From positions 7,387 through 71,386 of IMG/VR virus record IMGVR_UViG_3300049172_000068: 64,000 bases of DNA; one strand, written 5' to 3'. This document shows, piece after piece, positions 53,227 to 63,987 of the stretch. A model generated the notes under the pieces. It did not search any database, had not been told where the DNA came from, and saw nothing but the letters and a program-made list of their open reading frames with translations. Position numbers and translations under genes: made by a program. Within the stretch, counting starts at the first letter, position 1. Each line of letters begins with the position of its first letter. The stretch comes from a virus. Lineage: Duplodnaviria > Caudoviricetes.

Positions 53227-56200
53227 GTGGCCGCCATCAGCGTGGGTTCCGTCGAAGTCGACGTCGTCCCCAACACTCAGGGGATCCGTGCCCGCATGCA
53301 GGCGGCTCTCGTGCCTGCTGCCGACGAGGTCGGGAACGAGATCTCCCGCATCATCGGCCGGCACATCTCCCGTGGCGTGGCGGACGCGGTGCGGACCGGT
53401 GTCGCGAACGGAGCCCGCACCGCGCAGCCCGCAGCGGTGCGGGGAGGCCAGCAGACGGGGTCGGCGTTCGGCCGGAGCCTGAAGGCGCAACTCCAGGCGG
53501 CGCTGGCGAACTTGCCGGAGATCCGTCTCCGTGCGGACTCGTCGGACGCGCAGCGTGAACTCGCGCAGATCCAGGCGCAGATGCGAGCACTCTCGGATGC
53601 CCGCATCGGCATCGATGTCGACACGGCCACGGCGACAGCGGCGATGACGCAGCTGCAGGCGCGTCTGGACCGTCTGTCGGCGTCGGACGCTGACGTGCAG
53701 ATCCGTGTGGATGCTGCGGCGGCTTCCGCGCAGCTGGCGGCGTTCAACGCCCAGGTGAACCGGCTGGACGGACAGACGGCCACCGTCGACGTCGACACCC
53801 GCTCCGCAACAGCGAACATGCGGATGCTCACGCAGACGGCCATCATGTTCGGCCCGGCGATCATCCCAGCCCTGCCTGTGGTTGCGGCCGGGCTGGGTGC
53901 CATCGCCGCAGCGGCAGCGGCTGCCGCTGTCGGTGTCGGTTCGATCGCTCTTGTCGCCGTGCCGGCCATCGTCCAGATGGGCAAGGTCATGCAGGCGCAG
54001 AAGGCCGCCCAGGACGCGTCGACGAACGCCACGATGCGGGGTGGCCAGGCCGCCTCTCAGGGCGCCCAGCGGGCACTGCAGATGGCCTCTGCGCAGCAGT
54101 CTCTGGCTTCCGCGCACCGGAACGCGGCACGGCAGATCCGGCAGGCCGAGCAGGGTGTCGCAGACGCGGTGCGCTCCGCGTCGGAGGCGAACCTGCGGGC
54201 GAAGCAGCAGCTGGCGGACGCAGTAAAGCAGGCCGCGGACCGCCAGCGGCAGGCGGCCGAGCGGGTGGCCCGGGCCGAGGAGTCGCTGGCGGACGCGCAG
54301 CGTGACGCGCGGCAGGCGCAGCAGGACCTGAACCAGGCCCGCCGCGACGCCGCCCAGGAGCTCGCCGACCTGGAGACCCGCCTCACCAACGCTCAGCTCT
54401 CTGAGCGGGACGCGGTTCTCTCAGTCCAAGAGGCCCGGGACCGGCTGCGCGCGGTACAGGCGTCCGGTTCCAAGGCATCTCTGCTGGAGCAGCAGCGGGC
54501 ACAACTCGCCTACGACCAAGCCGTGCAGCGGCTGAAGGAGCAGCAGGCCGAGACGAAGAGCCTGACGTCGCAGAAGAAGGCCGCGGACAAGGCCGGCGTC
54601 GAGGGCTCCAAGACGGTGCAGGACGCGCAGGAGCGTCTTCGGCAGGCCGACGAGGCGGTGACTGAGCAGCAGGGCGAGCTGGCTCGGGCGCGGCAGGACG
54701 CGGCTCGCCAGCAGGTCGAAGCCCAGCAGGCCGTCGCAGAGGCGCAGCGGAACGTGGCCCGGACCCAGGAGGACGGGGCTCGTTCGGTGGCCCGCGCCCA
54801 GGAGCAGTTGGCTGAGGCGCAGCAGTCGGCTGCGGATTCGATCGCATCGGCTCAGCGTCAGATTGCCTCCGCGTCGCTTCAGGCGGCCGGGGGAGTGGAT
54901 CAGGCTGCCATCGCGCAGGCCAAGTATCAGGCCGAGCTGGCGAAGCTGACGCCGGCGGCGCGGGAGACGTTCGACGCATTCCTCGACCTGAAGTCCGCAT
55001 TCTCGGACTGGTCGCGAGCCCTGCAGCCCGCCGTGATGCCGATCTTCACGCGGGCGCTGGAGGGGCTGAAGAACTCCCTGCCTGGGCTGACGCCGTTCGT
55101 GAAGGAGGCGGCCGAAGCCATCAAGGGTCTACAGGACCGGGCGTCGGCCGGGTTCAAGAAGCCCTGGTGGAAGGAGTTCAAGTCCGATCTGGCGGGCTCC
55201 ATTAAGCCCGCCATCACCGGGCTCGGCATCTCCTTCGGGAACGTCTTCAAAGGCATGGCGGGCGTCTTGCAGGCCTTTTTCCCGCACATGGACTCCATCT
55301 CGGATCGCATGCAGAGGATCACGGGTCGCTTCGCGAATTGGGGAACCAGCCTGAAGGGTTCGCCGGAATTCGAGCGGTTCCTCGCGTACTCCTCGGAGCA
55401 CGGCCCGCTCCTCGCGGAAGCCCTCGGCAAGGTCGCCACAGCGTTCATCGACATCGGGCAGGCCCTCGAACCCGTGTCGGGACCGCTGCTGAAGTTGATC
55501 GGCCAACTGGCCGAGGGGCTCAGCTCGATCGCCACCCATCTGCCCGAACTCGTCCTCGGCATGTGGGGCCTGTTCGTCGCGACGCGCCTGTGGGCGGGCG
55601 TCATGTTCATCGTGAACGGCGCCATGGCCGCGTTCAACTTGATCAGCATGGCCGGCCCCTGGGGTTGGATCGCCCTCGCCATCGCGGGCGTGGTGCTCGC
55701 GGTCATCTACCTCTACCGGCGGTTCGCCTGGTTCCGGACTGCCGTACAAGCCGTCTGGTCGGCGATCAAGACGGGCGCCCTGTGGCTGTGGAACAACGCC
55801 CTCAAGCCGGCGTTCACCGCCATTTGGGGTGGCTTGCAGACCGTTGGCCGCTGGGCCATGTGGCTCTGGAATAACGCGATCAAGCCCGCCTTCAACGGCA
55901 TCGTCTTCATCGGGAAGATCCTCCTGACTGCCCTGGTCACGATCGTCTTCCTGCCGCTGTATGCCGCGTTCAAGCTGATCGCCTGGGTCGCGATGTGGCT
56001 GTGGAAGAACGCGATCAAGCCCGCGTTCGAGGGCATCGCCTGGATCGCCAAATGGCTCTGGACGAACGTCTTCCGGCCCACATTCCAGTGGATCGGCGAC
56101 AAGGCGAAGTGGCTGTGGAACAACGCCATCAAACCGGCCTGGGCGGGGATCCAGACCGGCGCCAAGTGGATGTGGGAGAAGGTCCTCCGGCCGGTCTTCC

Positions 56201-57759
56201 GCTTCATCTGGCAGGGCATGCAGGAGGTCGGCCGGTGGGGCAAGTGGCTGTGGCAGAACGCCATCAAGCCTGCCTGGAACGGCATCGTGGCGGCGGGGAA
56301 GTGGGCGTGGGAGAAGGGCATCAAGCCCGTCTTCGAGCGTTTCAAGGACATCGTCAAGAGCCTGAGAGGCGCGTTCGATACCGCGGTCAGTGGTATCCGC
56401 ACCGCCTGGGACAAGATCAAGTCGGTTTCGCGGAAGCCAGTCCAGTTCGTCGTCGACACTGTTTACAACAAGGGCATCGTCGCCGTCTGGAACAAGGTGG
56501 CCTCTGCATTCGGGGCGCCCAAGCTGTCGACCTACAAGTTCGCCAGCGGCGGCATCATGCCCGGCTACAGCCCGGGCCGGGACGTCCACAAGTTCGTCTC
56601 CCCGACAGGCGGCGCGCTGGAGTTGTCCGGCGGCGAGTCCTTCTTCCGTCCCGAGTTCACTCGTGGCGTCGGGTCTGGGTTCGTCAGCACCATGAACTCC
56701 ATCGCCAAGTCCAGGGGCGCCCAGGGCGTGAAGGCAGCCCTGGCGCCGGTGCTGGGCGGGAACCCCGCAATGGCCACGGACCGCTCGCTCCGCTACGCCA
56801 ACGGCGGGACCTTCCCGGTGCAGCGGTTCGCAGACGGCGGCATCTTCGGCTGGATCAAGAAGACCGCGAGCGCTGCGGTCGGCGCCGGCTCCGACGCCTG
56901 GAACTTCGTCAAGAAGGGAGCGAGCTGGCTCAGTGACACCCTCGAGGCGTCCGCCCGCGCGGGCGTCAAGAACGTGGTGAACCCGCTACTGAGCTCCTTC
57001 CCGGGCATGGACACCGGGTTCGGCAAGATGATCCGCCGCATCCCCACGAAGATCATCGACGCCCTGTTCGGCTACAGCAAGGAGGCCGACAAGCGGGGCG
57101 CAGGCGGCATCGGCGGCCCTCGCATCGCCGCAGCCTTGAAGTGGGCGAAGACGCAGAACGGCAAGCCGTACCAGTGGGCCGGCAACGGCGATCCCTCGTG
57201 GGACTGCTCCGGTTTCATGTCCGCAATCGAGAGCGTCATCCGGGGCCAGAAGCCACACCGTCGGTGGGCGACGATGGCCTTCCACGGGAAGACAGCTCCG
57301 CCCGGATGGGTCAAGAACGGTGCATCCGCCTTCCGCGTCGGCATCACCAATGCGGGTGTCGGGCACACCGCGGGCACCCTCGGCAAGACCAAGGTCGAGA
57401 GCCGCGGCGGAGACGGTGTTGTCGTCGGCAACCGAGCCCGCGGCTACAACGACCGCTTGTTCAACTCGTGGTACGGGTTCATGCCCGGCAGCTACGACAG
57501 CGGCGGCTATCTTCAGCCCGGCATGAACCTCGCCTACAACGGCACCGGGCGGCCCGAGCCGGTCTTCACTACGACCCAGGCCAACGCGCTCACTTCGCTG
57601 GCGGCCCGCGGCGGCTCCAGCGGACCGGCCACCTTCGAGGGCGACCTCTATCTCGACTCGGGCGAGTTCCTCGGCAAGGTACGCGGCGAGGCGCAGCAGG
57701 TGGTCATGGAGCGGGACCGCATGGTGATGGCTGCCGGCCGTGGTGGGAGGAGGGCCTGA
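53227..57759 (+). CDS. Tape measure protein with C-terminal NlpC/P60-like domain
   Basis: 1510 aa; coiled coil, W-x3-N repeats; KPYQWAG..WDCSGF..GHT. Confidence 0.93.
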   Translation: MAAISVGSVEVDVVPNTQGIRARMQAALVPAADEVGNEISRIIGRHISRGVADAVRTGVANGARTAQPAAVRGGQQTGSAFGRSLKAQLQAALANLPEIRLRADSSDAQRELAQIQAQMRALSDARIGIDVDTATATAAMTQLQARLDRLSASDADVQIRVDAAAASAQLAAFNAQVNRLDGQTATVDVDTRSATANMRMLTQTAIMFGPAIIPALPVVAAGLGAIAAAAAAAAVGVGSIALVAVPAIVQMGKVMQAQKAAQDASTNATMRGGQAASQGAQRALQMASAQQSLASAHRNAARQIRQAEQGVADAVRSASEANLRAKQQLADAVKQAADRQRQAAERVARAEESLADAQRDARQAQQDLNQARRDAAQELADLETRLTNAQLSERDAVLSVQEARDRLRAVQASGSKASLLEQQRAQLAYDQAVQRLKEQQAETKSLTSQKKAADKAGVEGSKTVQDAQERLRQADEAVTEQQGELARARQDAARQQVEAQQAVAEAQRNVARTQEDGARSVARAQEQLAEAQQSAADSIASAQRQIASASLQAAGGVDQAAIAQAKYQAELAKLTPAARETFDAFLDLKSAFSDWSRALQPAVMPIFTRALEGLKNSLPGLTPFVKEAAEAIKGLQDRASAGFKKPWWKEFKSDLAGSIKPAITGLGISFGNVFKGMAGVLQAFFPHMDSISDRMQRITGRFANWGTSLKGSPEFERFLAYSSEHGPLLAEALGKVATAFIDIGQALEPVSGPLLKLIGQLAEGLSSIATHLPELVLGMWGLFVATRLWAGVMFIVNGAMAAFNLISMAGPWGWIALAIAGVVLAVIYLYRRFAWFRTAVQAVWSAIKTGALWLWNNALKPAFTAIWGGLQTVGRWAMWLWNNAIKPAFNGIVFIGKILLTALVTIVFLPLYAAFKLIAWVAMWLWKNAIKPAFEGIAWIAKWLWTNVFRPTFQWIGDKAKWLWNNAIKPAWAGIQTGAKWMWEKVLRPVFRFIWQGMQEVGRWGKWLWQNAIKPAWNGIVAAGKWAWEKGIKPVFERFKDIVKSLRGAFDTAVSGIRTAWDKIKSVSRKPVQFVVDTVYNKGIVAVWNKVASAFGAPKLSTYKFASGGIMPGYSPGRDVHKFVSPTGGALELSGGESFFRPEFTRGVGSGFVSTMNSIAKSRGAQGVKAALAPVLGGNPAMATDRSLRYANGGTFPVQRFADGGIFGWIKKTASAAVGAGSDAWNFVKKGASWLSDTLEASARAGVKNVVNPLLSSFPGMDTGFGKMIRRIPTKIIDALFGYSKEADKRGAGGIGGPRIAAALKWAKTQNGKPYQWAGNGDPSWDCSGFMSAIESVIRGQKPHRRWATMAFHGKTAPPGWVKNGASAFRVGITNAGVGHTAGTLGKTKVESRGGDGVVVGNRARGYNDRLFNSWYGFMPGSYDSGGYLQPGMNLAYNGTGRPEPVFTTTQANALTSLAARGGSSGPATFEGDLYLDSGEFLGKVRGEAQQVVMERDRMVMAAGRGGRRA

Positions 57760-59990
57760 TGCCGATTCCTGGAAACCTGTTGTCGGCCACGACGGAGACC
57801 ATCGACCCGAACACGTCGGGCTGGACCTCGCACCTCAACTGCACGATCCACGCAGGGGTGGGCGGACGGACGGGCGGTGGCGGCTGCTTGTCTGTGCGGT
57901 CGGTGGCGGCGGGGGAGATGCAGGCCCGCACCGTCTCCTCCTATCCGATCACCTCCGGGGCGACGTATTACGTGTTCGCCGACACCGCTGGCGTGGTGGG
58001 GGAGCGGATCGGCATCCGGTGGATGTACGGGGCGATCCAGCTCGGCATCACCTGGTCGGTGCCGACTACGGGGTCCTCAGCGGCGTGGCACCGCGTCTCT
58101 GTCGCAGGCGTCGCGCCCGCGGGCGCGACGCAGGCGCAGGTACTGCTGTCCTCTACGGAGGTCGGGGCGAGCGTCAACCACTTCTGGGAGAACGTCTACC
58201 TCGGCCTGCCGATCAGGACCGTCGGCAACCTGTTCCCGTTCAACACCGAGTCGTCCGAGGTGGACGCCTCGGGCTGGGCGCCGGTCGTCAACGCCTCGAT
58301 CAGCCGGCAGACGCCGGTCATGGGCTGGGCGGTCGACAACTACCTGGCCGGCGGGCAGACCCTGGCGATGACCGCGGTCGCCGCGGGCAACGCCAGCATC
58401 CTGGCGGTGGACCGGCCGACGGTCACACCGGGCCAGGAGTACCTGGCCTACGCCTATCTGCAGCCGCCGACCGTGGCGTCGACGGCGTGGATCGAGCTCA
58501 GGTTCTACGACGTCAACGGCAACCAGATCCAGGCCACCCGCTCCGTGCTGGCGCCGCCGACTCCGGCGACCGGCATGTACCGGCAGCGAGTGTCCGACCA
58601 TGCGCCGGCCAACGCGGCCACCTGCTCGCTCGCCGCCGGGCTGGACGGGGCGTCGGCCGGGCAGGTGCTGCGGCTGGAGACCATCGTCATCGCAGCAGCA
58701 CCGTCCATGCAGGCCGGCACCGTGGTTCCGTATGCAGACGGCAGCTTCGAGCAGGGCGTCGCCGGATGGACGACGGTCTCCGGTGTGGCAACGCTCGACC
58801 GCACAACACCGTGGGGCGACAGCTTCTTCGAGGGCGCCTACTCGCTGGCCATCACGTCGTCGACAGCCACCACGTCGACGATCCGCTCCGCACGCTTCCC
58901 GGTCACCCCGGGCGAGAACTGGCGGGCCCAGCTCGTCGCCCACCCGGACGCCGGATCCTGGTCGACCGTCGGGGTGCGGCTCCGCTGGTATGACGCGGCT
59001 AACAACGACCTCGGCGCCACCGTCGGCGTCAACTACGTCGTGCCGGGCAGCAGCTGGTACGCCATGCCGTCCGACGGCGAAGCCCCAGCCGGTGCGACAC
59101 AGGCGGCGATCGAGCTGGTCGTCACCGCGACGGCCACAGCCAGCGTCCTGCACGTCGACCTCGTCACCCTGTGGGAAGTGCTGCCGCAGACCGCGGTCGA
59201 GGAACACTCCGACGACGGCTACGCCACGCTCACCCTGCGGGAGCTGCCGCTCGACTTCTTCCTGTCGCTGTACCGGGTTACCCCGGACGGAGCCCGCACC
59301 CTCGTGCGAGGCTCCGAAGGCCTCATCGACCGGCAGGCCATCACCTCCGATCTGCTGCTCGTCGAGGACCACGAGGCACCGTTCGGCGTGCCGGTCTACT
59401 ACCACATCGCCATCTACAACTCGTCGGGCGAGGTGGCGTCTACGCGGACGTCGGCGGCGGTCACGCTCACCCTCGCCGACATCAACACCTGCTGGCTGAA
59501 GGATCCTGGCAACCCGCAGAGGAACATACTCGTCATGGTGCAGCGGGCGCCGGACTGGCAGCGTCCCATCGAACAGGCTGCGTTCGTGGTGCGAGGCCGC
59601 CGCAACAAGGTCGTCCTCTCTGGCCGGCGGCAGGGCCTCGAGGGGGACCTCGCCGTCTGGACCCGCTCGGACGAAGAGCGGGCAGCGCTGCACTTGCTGC
59701 TCGACTCCGGCAACGTGCTGCTGTGGCAGGCCTCACCGGGGCTCGGTGTCGCCGACATGTACGTCAACGTCGCCCAAGTCACCGAGACCCGTGTCAGCCC
59801 ACTCGCACAGGAGCAGTGGCGGGCCTGGACGCTGCCGCTCACCGAGGCGGACATGCCCGCCAACCTCGGCGTCAACGGTGCCGCCGGCCGCACCTGGCAG
59901 GACATCCTCACCGAGTTCACGACCTGGGCGGACTTGCAAGACGTGTACGCCACCTGGGAAGACGTGCTCCTCGACCGCCGAACGGGGTGA
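57759..59990 (+). CDS. Distal tail-like protein with tandem carbohydrate-binding-like modules
   Basis: Three repeated N-x-F/ESE..W..W..I modules, then C-terminal TCWLKDPGNP.. Confidence 0.7.
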   Translation: MPIPGNLLSATTETIDPNTSGWTSHLNCTIHAGVGGRTGGGGCLSVRSVAAGEMQARTVSSYPITSGATYYVFADTAGVVGERIGIRWMYGAIQLGITWSVPTTGSSAAWHRVSVAGVAPAGATQAQVLLSSTEVGASVNHFWENVYLGLPIRTVGNLFPFNTESSEVDASGWAPVVNASISRQTPVMGWAVDNYLAGGQTLAMTAVAAGNASILAVDRPTVTPGQEYLAYAYLQPPTVASTAWIELRFYDVNGNQIQATRSVLAPPTPATGMYRQRVSDHAPANAATCSLAAGLDGASAGQVLRLETIVIAAAPSMQAGTVVPYADGSFEQGVAGWTTVSGVATLDRTTPWGDSFFEGAYSLAITSSTATTSTIRSARFPVTPGENWRAQLVAHPDAGSWSTVGVRLRWYDAANNDLGATVGVNYVVPGSSWYAMPSDGEAPAGATQAAIELVVTATATASVLHVDLVTLWEVLPQTAVEEHSDDGYATLTLRELPLDFFLSLYRVTPDGARTLVRGSEGLIDRQAITSDLLLVEDHEAPFGVPVYYHIAIYNSSGEVASTRTSAAVTLTLADINTCWLKDPGNPQRNILVMVQRAPDWQRPIEQAAFVVRGRRNKVVLSGRRQGLEGDLAVWTRSDEERAALHLLLDSGNVLLWQASPGLGVADMYVNVAQVTETRVSPLAQEQWRAWTLPLTEADMPANLGVNGAAGRTWQDILTEFTTWADLQDVYATWEDVLLDRRTG

Positions 59991-59993
59991 TCG

Positions 59994-61088
59994 ATGTACC
60001 CCGTCAGCCCGCGGTTCCTGCCGCGGCTCGCCGAGGACCACCGGCCGCTCACTGAGGTGAAACTGTTCCTCACCGACGGCCGCGTCATCGACCTGGAGCA
60101 CATAGGGGGCAGCGTCACCGTCGACCGAGCCCAGGCCATCCGCCGCACCTGCACCGTCACCGTCGCGGATCCGTCCCTCATTCCGCGGACCCCCGCTGAC
60201 CAGCTCGCCACCTACGGGGCGCGGCTGCGTATCAGGCGCGGGGTGGAGTACGGCCACCCCAACGACACCGAGCTCGTGCCGCTGGGTCTGTTCAGGCTGG
60301 ACTCCGTCGACGGCGACGTAACCGAAGGGCCCGCCACCCTGCAAGGCAAGGGCCTCGAGGCGGTCGTCGCCGACGACAAGTTCACAGCTCCGTACAAGGT
60401 GGCCGGCACCGTCGTCGGCGCGGTCACCGCGCTCATCCAGCGCAGCATCCCCGCCGCCGACATCATCAGCCTCATCGTCGACCAGTCCATCGGCTCCCGG
60501 GTCTTCGACGTCGAAGCTGATCCGTGGGCCGGCGCCCAGGAGGTCGCGGCGGCTGCCGGAGCCGAGGTGTACGCCAACGCCGACGGGGTGTTCGTCATCT
60601 CCACCCTGCCGGACCTGCTCACCTCCACTCCGGTATGGGCAGTCGAAGCGACCGAAGGCGGCGTGTACATCTCCGGCAACCGGGCCATGAGCAGCGACGG
60701 CGTCTACAACGGCGTGCTGGCTCGCGGCGAGAACACCTCAGAGAACGCCCCGCCGGTCTCCTACCTCGCTGTCGACACCGACCCGACGAGCCCCACGTAC
60801 TGGTCCGGGCCCTATGGGCACAGGCCCATGTTCTACAGCTCGTCGACGCTCACCACGACCAACGCCTGCGCGCAGGCCGCGAACCTCAAGCTCGCCGCCG
60901 CCCGGGCGCCGAACGCGAGCGGCGACATCTCCGCCCTGCCGAATCCGGCACTCGAACCCGGCGACGTCATCCGCGTTACGCACGAGGACAGCAGCCGCGA
61001 ACTTCACCAGGTTGCCTCCTTCTCCGTGCCGCTCGACCTCGGCGGGGACTTCCCGATCTCGACGATCTCGGCGAAGGAGGACGCGTGA
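59994..61088 (+). CDS. Baseplate hub/Tal-like protein (DUF5047-like)
   Basis: GGSVTVDR..IRRTCTV..NPALEPGDVIRV. Confidence 0.75.
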   Translation: MYPVSPRFLPRLAEDHRPLTEVKLFLTDGRVIDLEHIGGSVTVDRAQAIRRTCTVTVADPSLIPRTPADQLATYGARLRIRRGVEYGHPNDTELVPLGLFRLDSVDGDVTEGPATLQGKGLEAVVADDKFTAPYKVAGTVVGAVTALIQRSIPAADIISLIVDQSIGSRVFDVEADPWAGAQEVAAAAGAEVYANADGVFVISTLPDLLTSTPVWAVEATEGGVYISGNRAMSSDGVYNGVLARGENTSENAPPVSYLAVDTDPTSPTYWSGPYGHRPMFYSSSTLTTTNACAQAANLKLAAARAPNASGDISALPNPALEPGDVIRVTHEDSSRELHQVASFSVPLDLGGDFPISTISAKEDA

Positions 61089-61687
61089 GCGACAAGAGCC
61101 TCTTCGCGCACGCCCGCGAGTTCGCCGACTTCCAGGCCACCGAAGCCGTCCGCGCGGGCGCCAACAGCCCGGCTGTGCGCGGCTCCGACTGGCGCCTTGC
61201 CACCGTCACCGCCGTCAACACGGACGGCACCGTCGATGCCGACGGCATCCCCGACATCCGTTGCATCGACACCTACACCCTGCCGACGGTCGGTGACGTC
61301 ATCCGCATCGACCAGTCCAGCAGCGGCAACTGGCTCGCCGTGGGCACCCTCGCCACCGTCAGCGGATGGACCACACTCACCCTCGCCGCCGGCTACACGA
61401 ACCCCGGCCACGGCTACACCGCCAGCTGGATGCGCGAAGGCCGCCGCATCTGGATGCGGGGCCGCATCAGTCCCACCTCGGGAACGATCGCCGACGGCGA
61501 CACCCTCGCCACCATCCCTGCGGCGATCCGGCCCGGCGTGGCCGTGGCCTGGGCGGTGGCCCGCGACGCGTCGACCATGCCAGCCGTGTGCCGCCTGGAA
61601 ATCACCGCCGCTGGCGCCCTCAGAACCTTCCAGTCCAGCGCCCTGCCGCAGTGGGTGGGCCTCGACGGCATCAGCTACACCATCTAG
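61085..61687 (+). CDS. Minor tail protein
   Basis: LATVTAV..PTVGD; WTTLTLAAGY..RIWMRG. Confidence 0.7.
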   Translation: MSDKSLFAHAREFADFQATEAVRAGANSPAVRGSDWRLATVTAVNTDGTVDADGIPDIRCIDTYTLPTVGDVIRIDQSSSGNWLAVGTLATVSGWTTLTLAAGYTNPGHGYTASWMREGRRIWMRGRISPTSGTIADGDTLATIPAAIRPGVAVAWAVARDASTMPAVCRLEITAAGALRTFQSSALPQWVGLDGISYTI

Positions 61688-61695
61688 GAGGCCCC

Positions 61696-62307
61696 GTGCC
61701 GACCACGGACGACTACGGCCAGGGCGTACAGATCGCCTCGCTCACGGACGCACCCGATGCGGAAAAGCTCGCGAAGAGCATCGTCAACGCCATCGCCCAG
61801 CGCAGCGTCCTGCGGTTCACGTCCGCATCCGCCCGGGGCGCCACCCTCACCTCACCGGTCGAGGGCATGCTGACGTGGCTGCAGGACGTCAACCGCCTCG
61901 ACCTGTACGACGGCACCACCTGGGTCGCAGTGTCCGTGGGCCGCTCCTCCTGGACGACCATCACACCCGAGTCGCCGTGGACGCAGAACGGCAACAACAA
62001 CGGCAACCTGCAGTACCGACTCCTCAACATCAGCGGCGAGGAGTCCCTGCAGTTCCGCGGGGCGCTCGGCCGCGCCTCGTATCCGACGTCACCGGCGGGC
62101 AGCTACGTCGTCAACAACACCGCCCTGCCGAGCATCGTGCGGCCGTCGACCCTGCGCACCGTGCTGATCCCCTGCTCCGACACCAGCAGCGACCGCATCG
62201 CCCTCAAGCTCGACGTCCGTGTTGACGGCTACCTCGAGGTCTTTGGTTTCAGCAGCAGCGCCAAACCGCCGTGGATCGGCTTCAACGGCGTCACCGTCAG
62301 CCTCTAA
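61696..62307 (+). CDS. Minor tail/fibre protein
   Basis: LRFTSASAR..PVEGMLTWL..YDGTTW. Confidence 0.7.
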   Translation: MPTTDDYGQGVQIASLTDAPDAEKLAKSIVNAIAQRSVLRFTSASARGATLTSPVEGMLTWLQDVNRLDLYDGTTWVAVSVGRSSWTTITPESPWTQNGNNNGNLQYRLLNISGEESLQFRGALGRASYPTSPAGSYVVNNTALPSIVRPSTLRTVLIPCSDTSSDRIALKLDVRVDGYLEVFGFSSSAKPPWIGFNGVTVSL

Positions 62308-62329
62308 CCCGCACAGAAAGGGGGACGGC

Positions 62330-63172
62330 GTGAAGCTCGTCTCCAGATCTCAGTGGGGTGCCCGCGCCTACCGCATGCCCAACGGCGCCACCCTGTACAG
62401 CGGCGACCGACGCCGCGGCGTGAAGCTCCACTACCTCGGCACCGCCTACACGGACCGGGCGCACGACAAGTGCGACGACTACGTCCGCCAGATCCAGGCC
62501 CAGCACATGGACGGCAACGGCTGGTCCGACATCGGCTACAGCTTCCTCGTCTGCACCCACGGCTACGTCTACGAGGGCCGCGGCCTGCGCCACCGTAACT
62601 CGGCGAACGGCAACACCACCCTCAACGATCAGGACTACGCGGTGCTGCTGCTGGTCGGCTCCTCCGGCCTCACCAAGCCGACCGACGCCCAGCTCAACGG
62701 GGCCCGCGACGCCATCGACCACTGCCGCAAGGAAGGCCCGGCCGGCAACTGGCTCGGCGGCCACCGCGACGGCTACGCCACCAGCTGCCCCGGCGACTAC
62801 GTCTACGTCTGGGCCAAGGCCGGCGCGCCCCGACCCACCGCACCTCAGGAGGACGACCCCATGGCGGGCATGACCAAGCAGGACATCTACGACGCCGTCT
62901 GGAAGACCGACCAGGTCGCCGCCCCGGACACCGCGCCGGACCGCAAGACGAACACCAACTGGCAGCCGCAGTCCTACATCAAGGACATCGGCAACCGGGT
63001 GCGCGCCATGGACGCCCGGCTCACCGCCCAGTCCGCCGCCATCACCAAGCTGGCGCAGCTCGTCGGCTCCGACGTCGACACCGCCCAGGTCGTCGCCGCC
63101 GTGGAGAAGGCCATCGCCGACGCCGTGGTCAAGGTCAGCGTCGACGTCACCACCGAGAACCAGGAGTCCTGA
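62330..63172 (+). CDS. Endolysin, PGRP-type amidase
   Basis: VSRSQWGA..LHY..GWSDIGYSF..GHRD..TSCPG. Confidence 0.9.
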   Translation: MKLVSRSQWGARAYRMPNGATLYSGDRRRGVKLHYLGTAYTDRAHDKCDDYVRQIQAQHMDGNGWSDIGYSFLVCTHGYVYEGRGLRHRNSANGNTTLNDQDYAVLLLVGSSGLTKPTDAQLNGARDAIDHCRKEGPAGNWLGGHRDGYATSCPGDYVYVWAKAGAPRPTAPQEDDPMAGMTKQDIYDAVWKTDQVAAPDTAPDRKTNTNWQPQSYIKDIGNRVRAMDARLTAQSAAITKLAQLVGSDVDTAQVVAAVEKAIADAVVKVSVDVTTENQES

Positions 63173-63174
63173 CC

Positions 63175-63546
63175 ATGAAGATCTTCGGCAGAGAGCCGGT
63201 GACGATCCTCGCGTTCATCGCCGTCGCCCTGAAGCTCAGCTCCGCCTACGGGCTCGACGTGTCCGCCGAACTGCAGGCCGCCATCATGGTGTTCCTCTCC
63301 TGCGTCGTCGCCGTCGCCGAGGCGTTCATCCTGAAGACCGGCGCTGCGTTCGCCGCCCTCGTCAATGTCGGCCACGCCGCCATCGCCCTGTACCTGGCGT
63401 TCGGCCTGAACATGAGCGCCGAGCAGCAGGCCAACTGGATGCTCCTGATCGAGGGCCTCGTCGCCCTGTTCATCGTGCGCCCGCAGGTGACCGCGCCCAT
63501 CGCCGCCCTGCGCATCGAACAGTCGAGTCTGGTCAAGGCGGCCTGA
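63175..63546 (+). CDS. Holin
   Basis: MKIFGREP; about 4 TM; follows the endolysin. Confidence 0.75.
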   Translation: MKIFGREPVTILAFIAVALKLSSAYGLDVSAELQAAIMVFLSCVVAVAEAFILKTGAAFAALVNVGHAAIALYLAFGLNMSAEQQANWMLLIEGLVALFIVRPQVTAPIAALRIEQSSLVKAA

Positions 63547-63987
63547 ATGCCCTGCCGTGCGGCCCGGCGGCTGCACAAGGCCCTGGGCCGCCGCGGCAGC
63601 TTCCTAGCGATCCTCGGCGTCGGCAAAACCTGTTGGGGTGTGTCGTTCCTCGTCAACCCGCCCAGCGACGAGGGCCTGGAACTCCTCACACGGTACTGCG
63701 AGCTGCGGCACTGGGCGTGGCTGTGGATCGTGTGCGGCCTCGTCACCCTCGGCTCAGCATTCGTCAAGATCGGCCGGGACCGGTTCGGATTCCTGGCCGC
63801 CCTCATTCCCCCCACCGTGTGGGCCGCCGCCTACACGTTCGCCGTCTTCATCGGCGACTACTCCCGCGGCGGGTTCGTCGCAGTCTGGTACCTGACGAGT
63901 CACGTCGGGGTGATCCTGTGGGCGAGCGCGGTTCCCGAATACTCGGTCCCCCCGCCCGTGCGCGCCCGGAGAGGCAAGGCCGCATGA
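63547..63987 (+). CDS. Lysis-cassette membrane protein (paralog of 1029-1469)
   Basis: About 96% nucleotide identity by my alignment. Confidence 0.75.
   Translation: MPCRAARRLHKALGRRGSFLAILGVGKTCWGVSFLVNPPSDEGLELLTRYCELRHWAWLWIVCGLVTLGSAFVKIGRDRFGFLAALIPPTVWAAAYTFAVFIGDYSRGGFVAVWYLTSHVGVILWASAVPEYSVPPPVRARRGKAA

Noticed and set aside
51688-59693. Long antisense or alternate-frame ORFs (e.g. 51688-54117, 55129-56589, 58077-59693, also 16317-17687 and 31418-33130)
   Set aside because: Shadow ORFs of high-GC genes: they overlap well-supported genes on the other strand and have no motifs or RBS.
53227-62307. DGR, shufflon or invertible tail-fibre switch driven by the Cre-like recombinase
   Set aside because: No reverse transcriptase, no TR/VR pair and no inverted cassette among the tail genes.
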